Shown here in pieces: positions 47,200 through 57,018 of a stretch of DNA of 64,000 nucleotides. The stretch covers positions 1 to 64,000 of the forward strand of contig JAPLVR010000006.1 of the NCBI GenBank assembly GCA_026397015.1, in the 5' to 3' direction. The stretch is from Candidatus Iainarchaeum sp. (GTDB lineage Archaea; Iainarchaeota; Iainarchaeia; Iainarchaeales; JAAZKV01). Numbering within the stretch: position 1 is the stretch's first letter; the number at the start of each line of letters is the position of its first letter. Below the pieces are notes generated by a model. The model saw only the letters and a program-made list of their open reading frames with translations, made no database searches and was not told the DNA's origin. A program made the translations under genes and the position numbers.

Positions 47200-48057
47200 A
47201 TGCGAAAAAAGAAAACTCCCAAAAAAACAAAAATCGCTCAAAAAAAAGAAAACTTTTTTAACAACAGGGCGTTTTTTCTCCTTCTCGGAGTTTTTATTGC
47301 AACTGAATTTATCGGCCTGACTGTCGCCCATTCGCTTGCGAAAACAATTGAAATCCAGCCGATCTTCGGCGAAACAATAAATGACCCGATTAATGCCGCA
47401 TACCTTTTTGGAACAATAATCGTGATGACCGCATTAATACTTTTACTGCTTAAATTCAGGCAAAAGCGAAATTTTTTGCTAATAATAGAATCGCTCGCAG
47501 TTCTCTCAACCTCGATAATTGTTTTTGGAGTCGCAATAGGAGACTACGCAATAATCGCCGCACTGCTTCTTATCATGCTGAGGCACCTGCACAGGGAAAA
47601 CATCTGGCTGAGAAATTTTGTCGGAATAATAGCGATAGCGGGCGCAGGCGCCTACATAGGAATATCTTTGGGCCTTCTCCCGATACTTATCTTCATTACC
47701 GCGCTTTCATGCTACGACATCATCGCTGTTTTCGGAACCAAGCACATGGTTTCAATCGGGAAAGAGGTCAGCCGGGGAAATTTTGCTTTTACAATCGCGC
47801 TGCCGACAAAAGAGCACAAGTTTGAGCTGGGAAACGGCGATCTTGTAATTCCGCTCATGGTCGCTTCCGGAATAATGGTCAACGGGCCGTTCAGAAATAA
47901 TCTGGCCGTTTCGGCGCTGTGCATTGCCTCAAGTTTCATCGGGCTGGCTTACAGCATTGAAACAGTTTCGAAAAAGAAAATAGCGCTGCCTGCCCTGCCG
48001 CCTCAAACCGCCCTAATGCTCTGTGCGATTCTTCTCGCATCCGTTTTCGGAATGTGA
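47200..48057 (+). CDS. Presenilin/signal-peptide-peptidase-like GxGD intramembrane aspartyl protease
   Basis: YD (CYDIIAV...HM), LGNGD and PALP motifs, multiple TM helices; ATG 47200 preferred. Confidence 0.9.
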   Translation: MRKKKTPKKTKIAQKKENFFNNRAFFLLLGVFIATEFIGLTVAHSLAKTIEIQPIFGETINDPINAAYLFGTIIVMTALILLLLKFRQKRNFLLIIESLAVLSTSIIVFGVAIGDYAIIAALLLIMLRHLHRENIWLRNFVGIIAIAGAGAYIGISLGLLPILIFITALSCYDIIAVFGTKHMVSIGKEVSRGNFAFTIALPTKEHKFELGNGDLVIPLMVASGIMVNGPFRNNLAVSALCIASSFIGLAYSIETVSKKKIALPALPPQTALMLCAILLASVFGM

Positions 48058-48063
48058 AAAAAA

Positions 48064-48708
48064 TCATTCCCTGTCAAAATAAAATTTTTTCACCAATACA
48101 ACAACCAGTAGAATAAAAAGAAGCAGCGCAAAAAGCGCAGCCCAAAAATAAATCGTGCCCTTCAAAACGCTTCCAATCCACTGAAATCCGAAATAAACAA
48201 CATATGCGAAAATGAAATACCTTGCCGCCTTTCCTATCCAACAGCCGAGAAAAAATTTTTCGACAGGATACCTGATGAGCCCGGCAGAAATTCCTATCAC
48301 ATCGAATGGCACGGGAATAAAGGCGAGAAAAGCTATGACGGGCAAACCCCTGCCTGCAAGGTTTTCCTTCAATTCCTTGAGTTTCTGAACCTCGCTTTTC
48401 TTCATTTTTTCAAAACTGCTTATGCCGAACAAACCGACAAAATAACCTGACAATTCGCCTATTGCCGCGCCTGTGCCGTAAAGAATTCCGAGAAACCCGA
48501 CTGTTAAAATCCCCATGCCGAAATAATCGATGTTGCCGCCGATTATCAGGATAAACACCAAGTCGGTCGGCATCGGCAGAACAATCGAAGCATTTCCTAT
48601 TATTGCGGCAAGAAAAAGGCCGAGCGGCCCGATTTTCGCAAACGCAATCATAAGCGAAGTGAGCATCGGCTGGATTGAGGCCAAAAAACTCGGCGCAATT
48701 TCAATCAT
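48064..48708 (-). CDS. DedA/VTT (SNARE-associated) membrane protein
   Basis: GAAIGELSGYFVG, P.PFDVIGISAG..RY..KFF..GK..RY; ATG 48708. Confidence 0.85.
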   Translation of the reverse strand: MIEIAPSFLASIQPMLTSLMIAFAKIGPLGLFLAAIIGNASIVLPMPTDLVFILIIGGNIDYFGMGILTVGFLGILYGTGAAIGELSGYFVGLFGISSFEKMKKSEVQKLKELKENLAGRGLPVIAFLAFIPVPFDVIGISAGLIRYPVEKFFLGCWIGKAARYFIFAYVVYFGFQWIGSVLKGTIYFWAALFALLLFILLVVVLVKKFYFDRE

Positions 48709-48762
48709 AAAATAAATACAGGACGCCGGTTTATATAGTTTTTGCTGTGCAAGTTTTCTTAC

Positions 48763-49170
48763 ATGGCAGAATACGAAAAAATGCTTGAAAACGCGTATGC
48801 AACTCTTCCAAAAAAAGCTTTGGAACACGAGAGGTTTGAAATTCCAAGGGTTGAATCCTTCATTCAGGGAAGCAAAACAATCGTTCCCGGCTTTAATGCG
48901 CTCATAAAAGAAATCAGGAGGGATGAGAAACATCTGTTGAAATATTTGACGAAAGAAACCGGAACAAGCATAACCAAGGGAAACAGCCAGCTTACAATAA
49001 ACGGAAAAGTCGGCGCAATACAGCTGAACAAGCTAATTCAAAATTATTTCAACCAGTTCGTGCTCTGCCCCGAGTGCAAAAAACCGGACACGAAGATTAT
49101 TGCGCAAAAAGAAACGAAAATGATGAAGTGCGAGGCGTGCGGAGCGATGCGCCCTGTAAAAGGAATCTGA
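48763..49170 (+). CDS. eif2b: Translation initiation factor aIF2 beta
   Basis: YEKMLE.AY..LP, RFEIP, CPECKKPDT, CEACGA. Confidence 0.95.
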   Translation: MAEYEKMLENAYATLPKKALEHERFEIPRVESFIQGSKTIVPGFNALIKEIRRDEKHLLKYLTKETGTSITKGNSQLTINGKVGAIQLNKLIQNYFNQFVLCPECKKPDTKIIAQKETKMMKCEACGAMRPVKGI

Positions 49171-49218
49171 TTTTTTTTTGAAGACATCGAAAAAAATTAT
49201 TGCGAAGAGGGGGATTGT

Positions 49219-49509
49219 TTGATAGCAAAAATACACCAATTTGAGTTAAAAACGATTCTTGCGGTCTGCGACAAGGAGCATATCGGAAAAACTTTTGGGG
49301 ACGAAAAAATTTCAATAACAATTTCTGAAAAATTTTTTAAAGGAAAAAATGTTTCGGAATCGGAACTCGAAAAAATGCTCGAGGAAGCCGATAGCGCCAA
49401 CCTTTTCGGCAACAAATGCGTCGCGATAGCACAAAAAAAAGGTTTAATAAGCAAAGCTGGCTTGATTGTAATAGGCGGGATAAAGCACGCGCAAATTTAC
49501 AGAGTTTGA
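49219..49509 (+). CDS. DUF424-family protein
   Basis: LAVCD..IGK.F, FFKG, ANLFG..CV, GIKHAQI. Confidence 0.85.
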   Translation: MIAKIHQFELKTILAVCDKEHIGKTFGDEKISITISEKFFKGKNVSESELEKMLEEADSANLFGNKCVAIAQKKGLISKAGLIVIGGIKHAQIYRV

Positions 49510-49534
49510 ATAATTTTTTTAAAACGGTGAATCA

Positions 49535-49924
49535 ATGGCGAACTTTAACAGTCAAAAAAGAAAAAATCTTCCCTTCAAAAACAAGGGCGGAAGTTTCAAC
49601 AGGCCGGCGTTCGCGACCGAAGCGGAAGAAAATGAGGCATACCAGAGGCTCAGGATTCCCAATAGGGATGAACTCGAACAATTCGGGCTGGTTACGCAAT
49701 TAATGGGCGGGAGCCAGATAAAGGCGATTTGCGAAGACGGAATCGAAAGAAACCTGAGAATTCCTGGAAAAATGAAAAAAAAATTCTGGATTCGTGAGAA
49801 CGACATTGTTATTGTAAAATTGTGGGATTTCCAGCCAATCAAAGGCGACATCATCTGGCGCTACATGGGCAGCCAGGTCGGCTGGCTCAAAAGAAACGGA
49901 CGATTGGGGAAGCTGCCTGTTTAA
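49535..49924 (+). CDS. eif1a: Translation initiation factor aIF1A
   Basis: RLRIP, CEDG..R..RIPGKMKK..WIR..D, GDIIWRY. Confidence 0.95.
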   Translation: MANFNSQKRKNLPFKNKGGSFNRPAFATEAEENEAYQRLRIPNRDELEQFGLVTQLMGGSQIKAICEDGIERNLRIPGKMKKKFWIRENDIVIVKLWDFQPIKGDIIWRYMGSQVGWLKRNGRLGKLPV

Positions 49925-49987
49925 ATTTTCGCATTTTATTTTACCCAACCTATTTCCTTAAAAAATCCAGCAAACAATTCTTTTTCT

Positions 49988-50773
49988 ATGAGGGAAATCG
50001 AAAATCCGAAAACAAGGGAAAGGGCGCCGAAAAAATTCGTCGAAACAATAATAAAGGATGATAACACAAGGCGCATATTCAACGACGTTTTTGACGGGGC
50101 GACAATCGCAACAGTGCACGAGCTCGCGAGAAAAGGGCACTTTACCGAGGTAGAATTTTTGGTTTCGGTTGGAAAAGAAGGAAACGTTTTCAGATGCAAG
50201 GGGGGAAACAATTACTACGCGCTCAAAATCTACAAAATCGAAACCTCCAACTTCAAGCACATGCAGGATTATATTGTTGGAGATGAGCGGTTCAAAAATG
50301 TCAGAAAGAGCAAGCTCGAAACCGTGATAGCGTGGACAAAAAAAGAGTTCAGGAATTTAAGTGAATTCACAAAAGCTGGAATAAGGGTGCCGACTCCGAT
50401 TGCGTTCAAAAGAAACTGCCTGGTGATGGAATTCATCGGCAAAGACGGGGAAGCTGCGCCGACCGCAAAAAATAAGCCGTTTGAGGAGCCGGAGAAACAA
50501 TACAAAATAATGTGCGAATACATGGCAAAAATGGTCGAGGCAAAAATTGTTCACGCCGATTTGAGCGAATACAACCTGCTGAATAACGGAGAGGAGTTGG
50601 TCATAATCGACTGCGGACAGGCGGTAAGCACCCTTCACCCGAAGGCGCAGGAATTTTTTGAAAGGGATGTTTTAAATCTCTCGAAGTGGTTTTCAAAACT
50701 CGGCGTTGAAACGAATTATGAAAAAATGTATTCCGAAATAAAAAAGAGAAAAACCAAAAAGGCTGAAAATTGA
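49988..50773 (+). CDS. rio1: RIO1-type serine/threonine kinase
   Basis: SVGKEGNVF, KIYK, W..KEFRNL, VHADLSEYN, IDCGQAV. Confidence 0.95.
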   Translation: MREIENPKTRERAPKKFVETIIKDDNTRRIFNDVFDGATIATVHELARKGHFTEVEFLVSVGKEGNVFRCKGGNNYYALKIYKIETSNFKHMQDYIVGDERFKNVRKSKLETVIAWTKKEFRNLSEFTKAGIRVPTPIAFKRNCLVMEFIGKDGEAAPTAKNKPFEEPEKQYKIMCEYMAKMVEAKIVHADLSEYNLLNNGEELVIIDCGQAVSTLHPKAQEFFERDVLNLSKWFSKLGVETNYEKMYSEIKKRKTKKAEN

Positions 50774-50915
50774 AAAAATTTTTCGAAAACGAAGGAACCC
50801 TTAAAACATTTTTAAACATTTGTAACCCCTTTTATATGGAGAGCAAGAGTTATTCTGGCCATTTGCCTTATTTGGATTTTATTTTTGAATCAAGTGAAAT
50901 GCAACAGGTGCTTTG

Positions 50916-51434
50916 ATGGAAGAAATCGTAAGAATCCCGCATAACAGAATCGGCGTGCTGATAGGCCCGAAAGGAGAAATCAAAAAAACCATTTCGCAAA
51001 AAACACAGACAACAATGGAAATTGATTCTGCAAGCGGGGAGGTCGCAATAACAGGCGACGGCGAAAATTTTTTCAAAGCAACAGACATAGTAAAAGCAAT
51101 CGGGCGCGGCTTTTCTCCGGCAAGGGCGTTCGCACTGCTGAAAGACGATTATCTGCTTAGGATAATCGAGATACCTGAATTTGTCGGAAAAAACGCATCA
51201 AAACAAAAGGCGAGAAGAGGCAGGGTAATTGGAAAAGGCGGGCTGGCCCGCACGCAAATCGAGAAAAAAACCCGTTCCCTTATTTCTGTTCAGGGAAAAA
51301 CAGTTGCAATAATTGCAAGAGACACGGACATCGAATTGGCGGAAGGCGCCGTTGAAATACTGCTGGAAGGCGCGAGGCACGAAACCGCCACAAAATTCAT
51401 TGACAGGGCGCAAAGGGAAAGATTCGAATTATAA
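50916..51434 (+). CDS. KH-domain rRNA-processing protein (Dim2/Pno1-like)
   Basis: RIGVLIGPKG, AIGRGFSP, GRVIGKGG, GARH. Confidence 0.92.
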   Translation: MEEIVRIPHNRIGVLIGPKGEIKKTISQKTQTTMEIDSASGEVAITGDGENFFKATDIVKAIGRGFSPARAFALLKDDYLLRIIEIPEFVGKNASKQKARRGRVIGKGGLARTQIEKKTRSLISVQGKTVAIIARDTDIELAEGAVEILLEGARHETATKFIDRAQRERFEL

Positions 51435-51548
51435 AAAAACAAGTCATGATTAAAAACAAAAAAAGAGCGGAAACCCTGCAAGGCATGTAATAAAAAGTTT
51501 ATTGTGTTAAAACTATTGGACAAAAACAAAAAAATTGCTGGTGAGCGA

Positions 51549-53312
51549 ATGGCGGAAAAAGTCAAGGAAAAGGAAAAAGCCAAAAAGGAAGAAGAGAAAT
51601 CGGGGAAAGCGGAACTCTCCGACGAAGAAACGGACGCAAACAACGCTGTTTTGGTGAAAAACCTTGACAAGGAATTCAAGGAGCACAGCGTCGCGGAATT
51701 CTTTAAAAAAAATAAACAAATGCTCGGTCTCTACGGAAAGGTAAGGACGCTCACAATGGTAATCCATGAGTATGTTACAAACAGTTTGGATGCGTGTGAG
51801 GAGGCAAATATTCTGCCGGAAATAGACGTAAAGATTGACGAGCTCGGGCCGGAATATTATCAAGTAACTGTAACAGATAACGGGCCGGGAATTTCAAAAG
51901 AAAATGTAGGAAAAGCATTCGGAAAGCTTTTGGCGGGAACGAAATTTCACCGCCTTATACAGGCGAGGGGGCAGCAGGGAATCGGATGTTCAGGATGCAC
52001 GATGCTTTCACAGATGACAACAGGAAAGCCGTCAAAAATAATCACAGGACGAAAAGGGCAAAAAGCGATGTCGCTCGAAGTCTCCGTCGACCCGAAAGAC
52101 AACGAACCGAAAATATCAAATATGCAAGAACTTGGAAAAGATTTTCAGGGCACAGCCGTTCAGGCAAAATTCAAAAATATTGTTTACAGGGAATCGGAAC
52201 AGGGCCCGATGGAATACCTGAGAAGGACGGCAATAGCGAATCCGCACGCTCAAATTTCTTTTAGGGATCCGGCTGGAAAAAAAGTTGTATTCAAGAGGAC
52301 GGGAAAAGAAATTCCGAAACCGCCGCAGGAAATAAAGCCGCACCCAAAAGGCTCAACAATCGACGATCTGCTTTCACTTAGCAGGGTTTCAAAGGCGCGA
52401 ACCGTTTCAAGTTTCCTTTCAACCGATTTTGACAGGATGGGCGCAAAAGCCGCTGATGAAGTAAAAAAAAGGGTAAATTTCGACATGGCAAAGGACCCGA
52501 AAAAATTGGGCTGGGACGAAGCCGAAGAAATAATCAAGGCGTTTAAGGAAATTGATTTTATCGCACCGAGCACGGATGCTCTGCGACCGATCGGAGAAGA
52601 AAGGATAAAAAATTCCTTGCAAAGCATTGTCCAGCCGGAATTTTTGACTGTGCTTACGAGAAAACCCGCGGTTTATGCAGGGGGCTTTCCTTTCCAGATA
52701 GAAATCGGAATCGCTTACGGGGGGAACGCCGGAAGGGCGATGGGCGAGGAAAAGAAAATAGAAATAATGCGGTTTGCAAACAAATCGCCGCTTCTTTTCG
52801 ACCCGGGAAGCTGTGCGCTCACAAAAGCCGTTCAAACAGTTGACTGGAAAAGGTACGGAATAAAGGATGTGGAACAGGCGCCGCTCACTGTGCTGGTAAA
52901 TTTTATTTCCGTTCACATTCCGTACACGGGCGCGGGAAAGCAGGCGATTGCGGACGAAGAGGAAGTTCTTGAAGAAATCAGGCTGGCGCTGATGCAGACT
53001 GGAAGAAGGGCAGGCATTTACATTTCAAAGAGAAGAAGGGAACAGGAAAACCAGTTGAAAAGGGAATTATTTTACAAATACATACCTGAAATAGTCGAGG
53101 CACTTCACAAACTTACCGGGGAGAGCAAGGCGTCGATGCAAAAAAGACTTGAAAAAATAGTGCTTGAAAAACTAAAACTTGAGGACGTGGAAGAGGCGAA
53201 AAAATCAAAAGCGGAAAACAAGGCAATGAAAGAGCTTGACAGCGACAGCACATACATACAACAACCGAAAAAAGAAAATAAGAAAGAAAAAAATGCGAAG
53301 GGTGGGAAATAA
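51549..53312 (+). CDS. top6B: DNA topoisomerase VI subunit B
   Basis: [37 protein letters not shown]. Confidence 0.96.
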   Translation: MAEKVKEKEKAKKEEEKSGKAELSDEETDANNAVLVKNLDKEFKEHSVAEFFKKNKQMLGLYGKVRTLTMVIHEYVTNSLDACEEANILPEIDVKIDELGPEYYQVTVTDNGPGISKENVGKAFGKLLAGTKFHRLIQARGQQGIGCSGCTMLSQMTTGKPSKIITGRKGQKAMSLEVSVDPKDNEPKISNMQELGKDFQGTAVQAKFKNIVYRESEQGPMEYLRRTAIANPHAQISFRDPAGKKVVFKRTGKEIPKPPQEIKPHPKGSTIDDLLSLSRVSKARTVSSFLSTDFDRMGAKAADEVKKRVNFDMAKDPKKLGWDEAEEIIKAFKEIDFIAPSTDALRPIGEERIKNSLQSIVQPEFLTVLTRKPAVYAGGFPFQIEIGIAYGGNAGRAMGEEKKIEIMRFANKSPLLFDPGSCALTKAVQTVDWKRYGIKDVEQAPLTVLVNFISVHIPYTGAGKQAIADEEEVLEEIRLALMQTGRRAGIYISKRRREQENQLKRELFYKYIPEIVEALHKLTGESKASMQKRLEKIVLEKLKLEDVEEAKKSKAENKAMKELDSDSTYIQQPKKENKKEKNAKGGK

Positions 53313-54454
53313 TGGCCAGAAAAATACCGAAAGAAAAAATAAAGTCAAAAGAGGAAAAAATCGGGCCTAAAGAAATAGCTGAGCGCCTCAAAAAAATGTC
53401 CGAAGGAATAGTAAAAGAAATAAACGCGGAAAAGGACCCGACTTTTACCACAATACAAAGAGGAAAGGGAAATGTCGAATGGGACGAAAAAAAAGGCTAC
53501 CTTGGGTTGGGGGAAAAAACCGCAACAAGAAACTTCCTGAACATAGCGCACGCAAAAAAATTCATGCAAACAACCATTATCGCCGCAAAAACCCACGACT
53601 ACTTGAGGCACAACAAAACCGCTTCCATCCGTGAAATTTATTACGAATTAAAACACACCATTGAAGGCACAAAAGAAAACACCTTCGAGGGGCAGGACGA
53701 AAGTGACCCAATAATTGTAGACATAGAGCACAGCGTTGACACAATAAGGGAAAAGTTGAATCTCCACGCGAACCCGAAGGGAACACTCTATGGAGACATA
53801 ACTTTGAAAGACAAGATGCACCACAACGACAAGTTCAACGCATCAAAACTTGGAAGGGGCGGCTGGAGCATAATGTCGAGAGTTGAGCCTGAAGAAATAG
53901 AGCTCATTGACGCGGACGCGGATTACTGTCTGGTTGTTGAAACCGAAGCGATGTTTGAAAGACTGATAGAAGAAGGGTATCCCGCCGACAACAGATGCCT
54001 ACTAATAGGAACCGGGGGGCAGGCTGCAAGGGGAACAAGAAGGCTGGTTCACAGGGTTCACGAAGAACTGGAGATGCCAATTTACGTTTTCACTGATGGG
54101 GACCCGTACGGCTGGTATATTTATTCAGTAATAAAACAGGGCTCGATGGCGTTGGCTGCGCACTCCGAATTCCTTTCGGTGCCCGACGCAAAATACATCG
54201 GGATGACGCTTGATGACGTTGAAACTTACGATTTGAAAAATGTGACTGAAAGGATGAAAGACGCTGACATAAAAAGGGCGGAAGAAATGCTGGAATATCC
54301 GTGGTTCAAAAACGAGGGATGGCAGAGGCAACTCAAGAAAGCGCTCAGCATGAAAATCAGGATAGAGCAGCAGGCGCTCGCAAACAAAAGCCTTGACTTC
54401 GTTGCAACAAAATACCTCCCGGAAAAAATCAAAAAGAAGGATTTCTTGGAATAA
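53312..54454 (+). CDS. top6A: DNA topoisomerase VI subunit A
   Basis: REIYY catalytic Tyr, Q.ESD, TOPRIM VVETEAMF, TDGDPYG, EQQAL. Confidence 0.96.
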   Translation: MARKIPKEKIKSKEEKIGPKEIAERLKKMSEGIVKEINAEKDPTFTTIQRGKGNVEWDEKKGYLGLGEKTATRNFLNIAHAKKFMQTTIIAAKTHDYLRHNKTASIREIYYELKHTIEGTKENTFEGQDESDPIIVDIEHSVDTIREKLNLHANPKGTLYGDITLKDKMHHNDKFNASKLGRGGWSIMSRVEPEEIELIDADADYCLVVETEAMFERLIEEGYPADNRCLLIGTGGQAARGTRRLVHRVHEELEMPIYVFTDGDPYGWYIYSVIKQGSMALAAHSEFLSVPDAKYIGMTLDDVETYDLKNVTERMKDADIKRAEEMLEYPWFKNEGWQRQLKKALSMKIRIEQQALANKSLDFVATKYLPEKIKKKDFLE

Positions 54455-54488
54455 ATTCGGTTCGCCAATAACACGCGACAAAATTTTT

Positions 54489-55694
54489 TTATTCGCCGAG
54501 CAAAACCTTTTCTGCTTTTTCGGTTTCATCCGCCGCCAAAAGGTCAAATATTCTCCGTGTTTCAAAATTTTCGAGCTTTGCCTCTTCAACATGCTTCTCC
54601 AACATATCGACGCCGATTTCCAAAATACTTTTCTTCTTCAAATGCTCTTCCTTAAACGACCCGATTTTTTTTCCAAACTGCTCGGCTGAAAATTCCTTCG
54701 AAATTGAAAATACCGCCATGCCCGCCCCGTCGCCAAAATCAAACGAAACGTCGCTCTGCAAAAACCCCTTTGAAAGCGTTCCCATTAATTTAAAACGGAT
54801 GAGCGGCTTCATGCCTAAACTCTCACACAAAATCTTGGACACTTTTTCCTCGACAACTTTTTTCACCTCTTCGGGCTTCGCATCCTTGAAACTGATTTTC
54901 TCATAAAACAATTTCCTTTGCTCCGCAAAAGGAACGAACTCGATTTTTTTTGTTTTCGTGTCAAACAAAAAAACGCCCTTTTCTTTTTTCGCCTCTAACT
55001 TTTTCATCTGCGTAAAAATAGTCGAACCCGTTAAAAGAAACCTTTTGCCGCCGACATTTTGCTCGTCGTGCCAATGCAGGTGCCCGTCAACAATCAAATC
55101 AAAACCGCTCGGGAGATTGGAGAGGGAAAGCGACGCAATCGCCTCATCGCCGAACGGAAGAAATTCAATAAAAGACTGGTGCAGCAAAAGAATATTTACT
55201 GCGCCGCTCGCCGGTTTAGGGTCGAACTTTTCGAGCACCTGTTTCGCATTTCTCTCTGGAACCCCCCCGAGCCCCTGAATGGCAATCTTTTCTCCGAAAT
55301 TTTCCAAAATAATTTTTGCGCCGTGCAGTTGAATCATGCAGCCGGCGGACTCTAAAACTTCCAATGCGTTAACAAAATCTTTTCCCCTGAATTCATGGGT
55401 CCCATGAATTGCAATAAAGGGAATCCCCCTTAACCGAATTTTTTCGCGCGCCCCAAACCTTTCCCTTGTCATTTCGACTTCGTTTCCGCCATTTTCGGAA
55501 AAACATTCAAAAGCCCTCAACCAGACTTCCTGCTTCGGAACAGCATCATCAAACAGGTCGCCCGCGTGCAGAATCGCATTTACCTTCTTTTCCTTGAAAA
55601 TTCCAAGCGCCTCCTTGAAACGCGCAAATGATTCCTCATAAAGGTCTCCATCGCCGAAACCGAGGTGGGTGTCCGAGAAAATTCCCAAAAGCAT
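54489..55694 (-). CDS. mre11: Mre11/SbcD-family DNA repair nuclease
   Basis: SDTHLG, AGDLFD, IHGTHE, LHQS, DGHLH, GS motifs. Confidence 0.88.
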   Translation of the reverse strand: MLLGIFSDTHLGFGDGDLYEESFARFKEALGIFKEKKVNAILHAGDLFDDAVPKQEVWLRAFECFSENGGNEVEMTRERFGAREKIRLRGIPFIAIHGTHEFRGKDFVNALEVLESAGCMIQLHGAKIILENFGEKIAIQGLGGVPERNAKQVLEKFDPKPASGAVNILLLHQSFIEFLPFGDEAIASLSLSNLPSGFDLIVDGHLHWHDEQNVGGKRFLLTGSTIFTQMKKLEAKKEKGVFLFDTKTKKIEFVPFAEQRKLFYEKISFKDAKPEEVKKVVEEKVSKILCESLGMKPLIRFKLMGTLSKGFLQSDVSFDFGDGAGMAVFSISKEFSAEQFGKKIGSFKEEHLKKKSILEIGVDMLEKHVEEAKLENFETRRIFDLLAADETEKAEKVLLGE

Positions 55695-55761
55695 GAAGTA
55701 TCAACAATAGGAAAGAATTAAATTAGCTGTTTTTGTTGTGCGCCGGTGAACCAAAAAGACA

Positions 55762-56622
55762 TCAATCAAACGGTGTTTTTGAGGGATTGAAAAGCTGCGG
55801 CGCGAAAACCTTTGCGCCAAAAATTTTATTCAACTCATGAATTTTCTTCAAATCCGTTTCGGGAGTGAAAAACGCTGTTATCCTCCAGGCTTCGCATCTT
55901 CTCCTGCATTCATCAATTGAAACTTTTTTTAAATTTTCAAATGAATTCCATTCCGCTAATTTTTTTAATTCCGCGCCAGGAAAATTCTCGGGGCTTGCAA
56001 TAACAACTCTGCAGCCGCTGCGCATCAAAAGCCACGCAACCCTCAAATTTTCAGAATTTTTTTTCGAGGGAATGAACGCGACGCACCCCTGCGAGCCAAC
56101 CGGAAAACCGTTTGCGCCCTTTTCAACTTCGAAATAAAAAAATGCTTTTCCATTCCCTGAAATGCAGTGGCAAACTTTGTCGGGTTTTGAGAGGCTTACT
56201 TTGAGCCTTTTATTTTGAGAAAGAATTTTCGCACCCAAAAGATTTTCAATATCCTTTGAGCTGAAATCGTTTGAATAGCTTTTTCCTTTCACCGCAAAAG
56301 TTCCTTTCTCCAAAACCGACTTTGAAATTTCCGCGCCCTTTTCAGAGAGCCTGTCCAAATTGTTGAAAGGAACTTTTTGAGCCAGTGAAATCAGATAAAT
56401 GCCGAAACATTTTTTCAACGCGCCTAGAACCTTTTTCGGCTCGCCGGATGAAATTACATACCGCGCGCCAAAAAGTTCAATTGAATCAAAGGAAACTTTT
56501 TTTTCTTTGAGAGCCGCTTTAATATTTTCCCGCAATTTTTTTTCTATGAAGCGCCTGACGAAAAATGTTTTTAGCGAAACTTCTGGAGCGATTGTAACAA
56601 TGACGCAATTCGGCTCGAACAT
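55762..56622 (-). CDS. ThiI-like NFLD+THUMP protein with degenerate PP-loop domain
   Basis: PEVSLK...RR..E..L..NI, FGI, TFAVK...FSS..IE..LGA, VSLSKPD, GFPVGSQG, AWLLMRSGC; SGGIDS absent. Confidence 0.8.
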   Translation of the reverse strand: MFEPNCVIVTIAPEVSLKTFFVRRFIEKKLRENIKAALKEKKVSFDSIELFGARYVISSGEPKKVLGALKKCFGIYLISLAQKVPFNNLDRLSEKGAEISKSVLEKGTFAVKGKSYSNDFSSKDIENLLGAKILSQNKRLKVSLSKPDKVCHCISGNGKAFFYFEVEKGANGFPVGSQGCVAFIPSKKNSENLRVAWLLMRSGCRVVIASPENFPGAELKKLAEWNSFENLKKVSIDECRRRCEAWRITAFFTPETDLKKIHELNKIFGAKVFAPQLFNPSKTPFD

Positions 56623-56694
56623 GACAAAAGATTCGGAAAAAGAGGTTTTTAAAGAAAACGCTCGACAAATTTTGACAATGCGATTCGAGAGCTT

Positions 56695-56832
56695 TCCTGA
56701 ACGAAGTGAAGGATGCTTTATCGAGCAACAGCGAAGATAATGCTTTTCGCCAACCTATAAAGGCATTTGCGAAGCAAGACCTATCGAGCATCAGCGAAGA
56801 TAGGGCTTTTCGCCAACCTTTAACAAAGGTTG
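56695..56832 (+). repeat. Hairpin/direct-repeat element upstream of tRNA-Cys
   Basis: 38-bp imperfect direct repeat (56719-56756 vs 56782-56819, 35/38 identical); three stem-GA-NN-loop-NN-GA-stem hairpins; CAACCTTT-aac-AAAGGTTG. Confidence 0.8.
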
Positions 56833-56902
56833 CAGGGGTGGCAGACCGGTCATGCACTCGCCTGCAGAGCGAGTTAAGTGGGTTCAACTCCCGCCCCTTG
56901 CT
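56832..56902 (+). tRNA. tRNA-Cys (GCA), intronless, CCA not encoded
   Basis: Acceptor GCAGGGG/CCCTTGC, anticodon arm CTCGC-CT-GCA-GA-GCGAG, T-arm GTGGG-TTCAACT-CCCGC, U73 discriminator, followed by T-run. Confidence 0.95.
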
Positions 56903-56908
56903 TTTTTT
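56902..56908 (+). terminator. Oligo-T archaeal terminator after tRNA-Cys
   Basis: T7 run beginning at the discriminator position. Confidence 0.5.
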
Positions 56909-57018
56909 GTCCAAGCAAAGAAGCTTTATAAATATTTCAGAAGCATTCTATTTGAATTGGTGAGCTAAAGAAAGTAAGCAAAATCTGCTGTTTTTGAACA
57001 ATTAAAAGTGATTTGAAG

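Noticed and set aside
56706-56963. 85-aa ORF with a repeated peptide (LSSxSEDxAFRQP)
   Set aside because: It runs through tRNA-Cys; the peptide repeat simply reflects the 63-nt DNA repeat.
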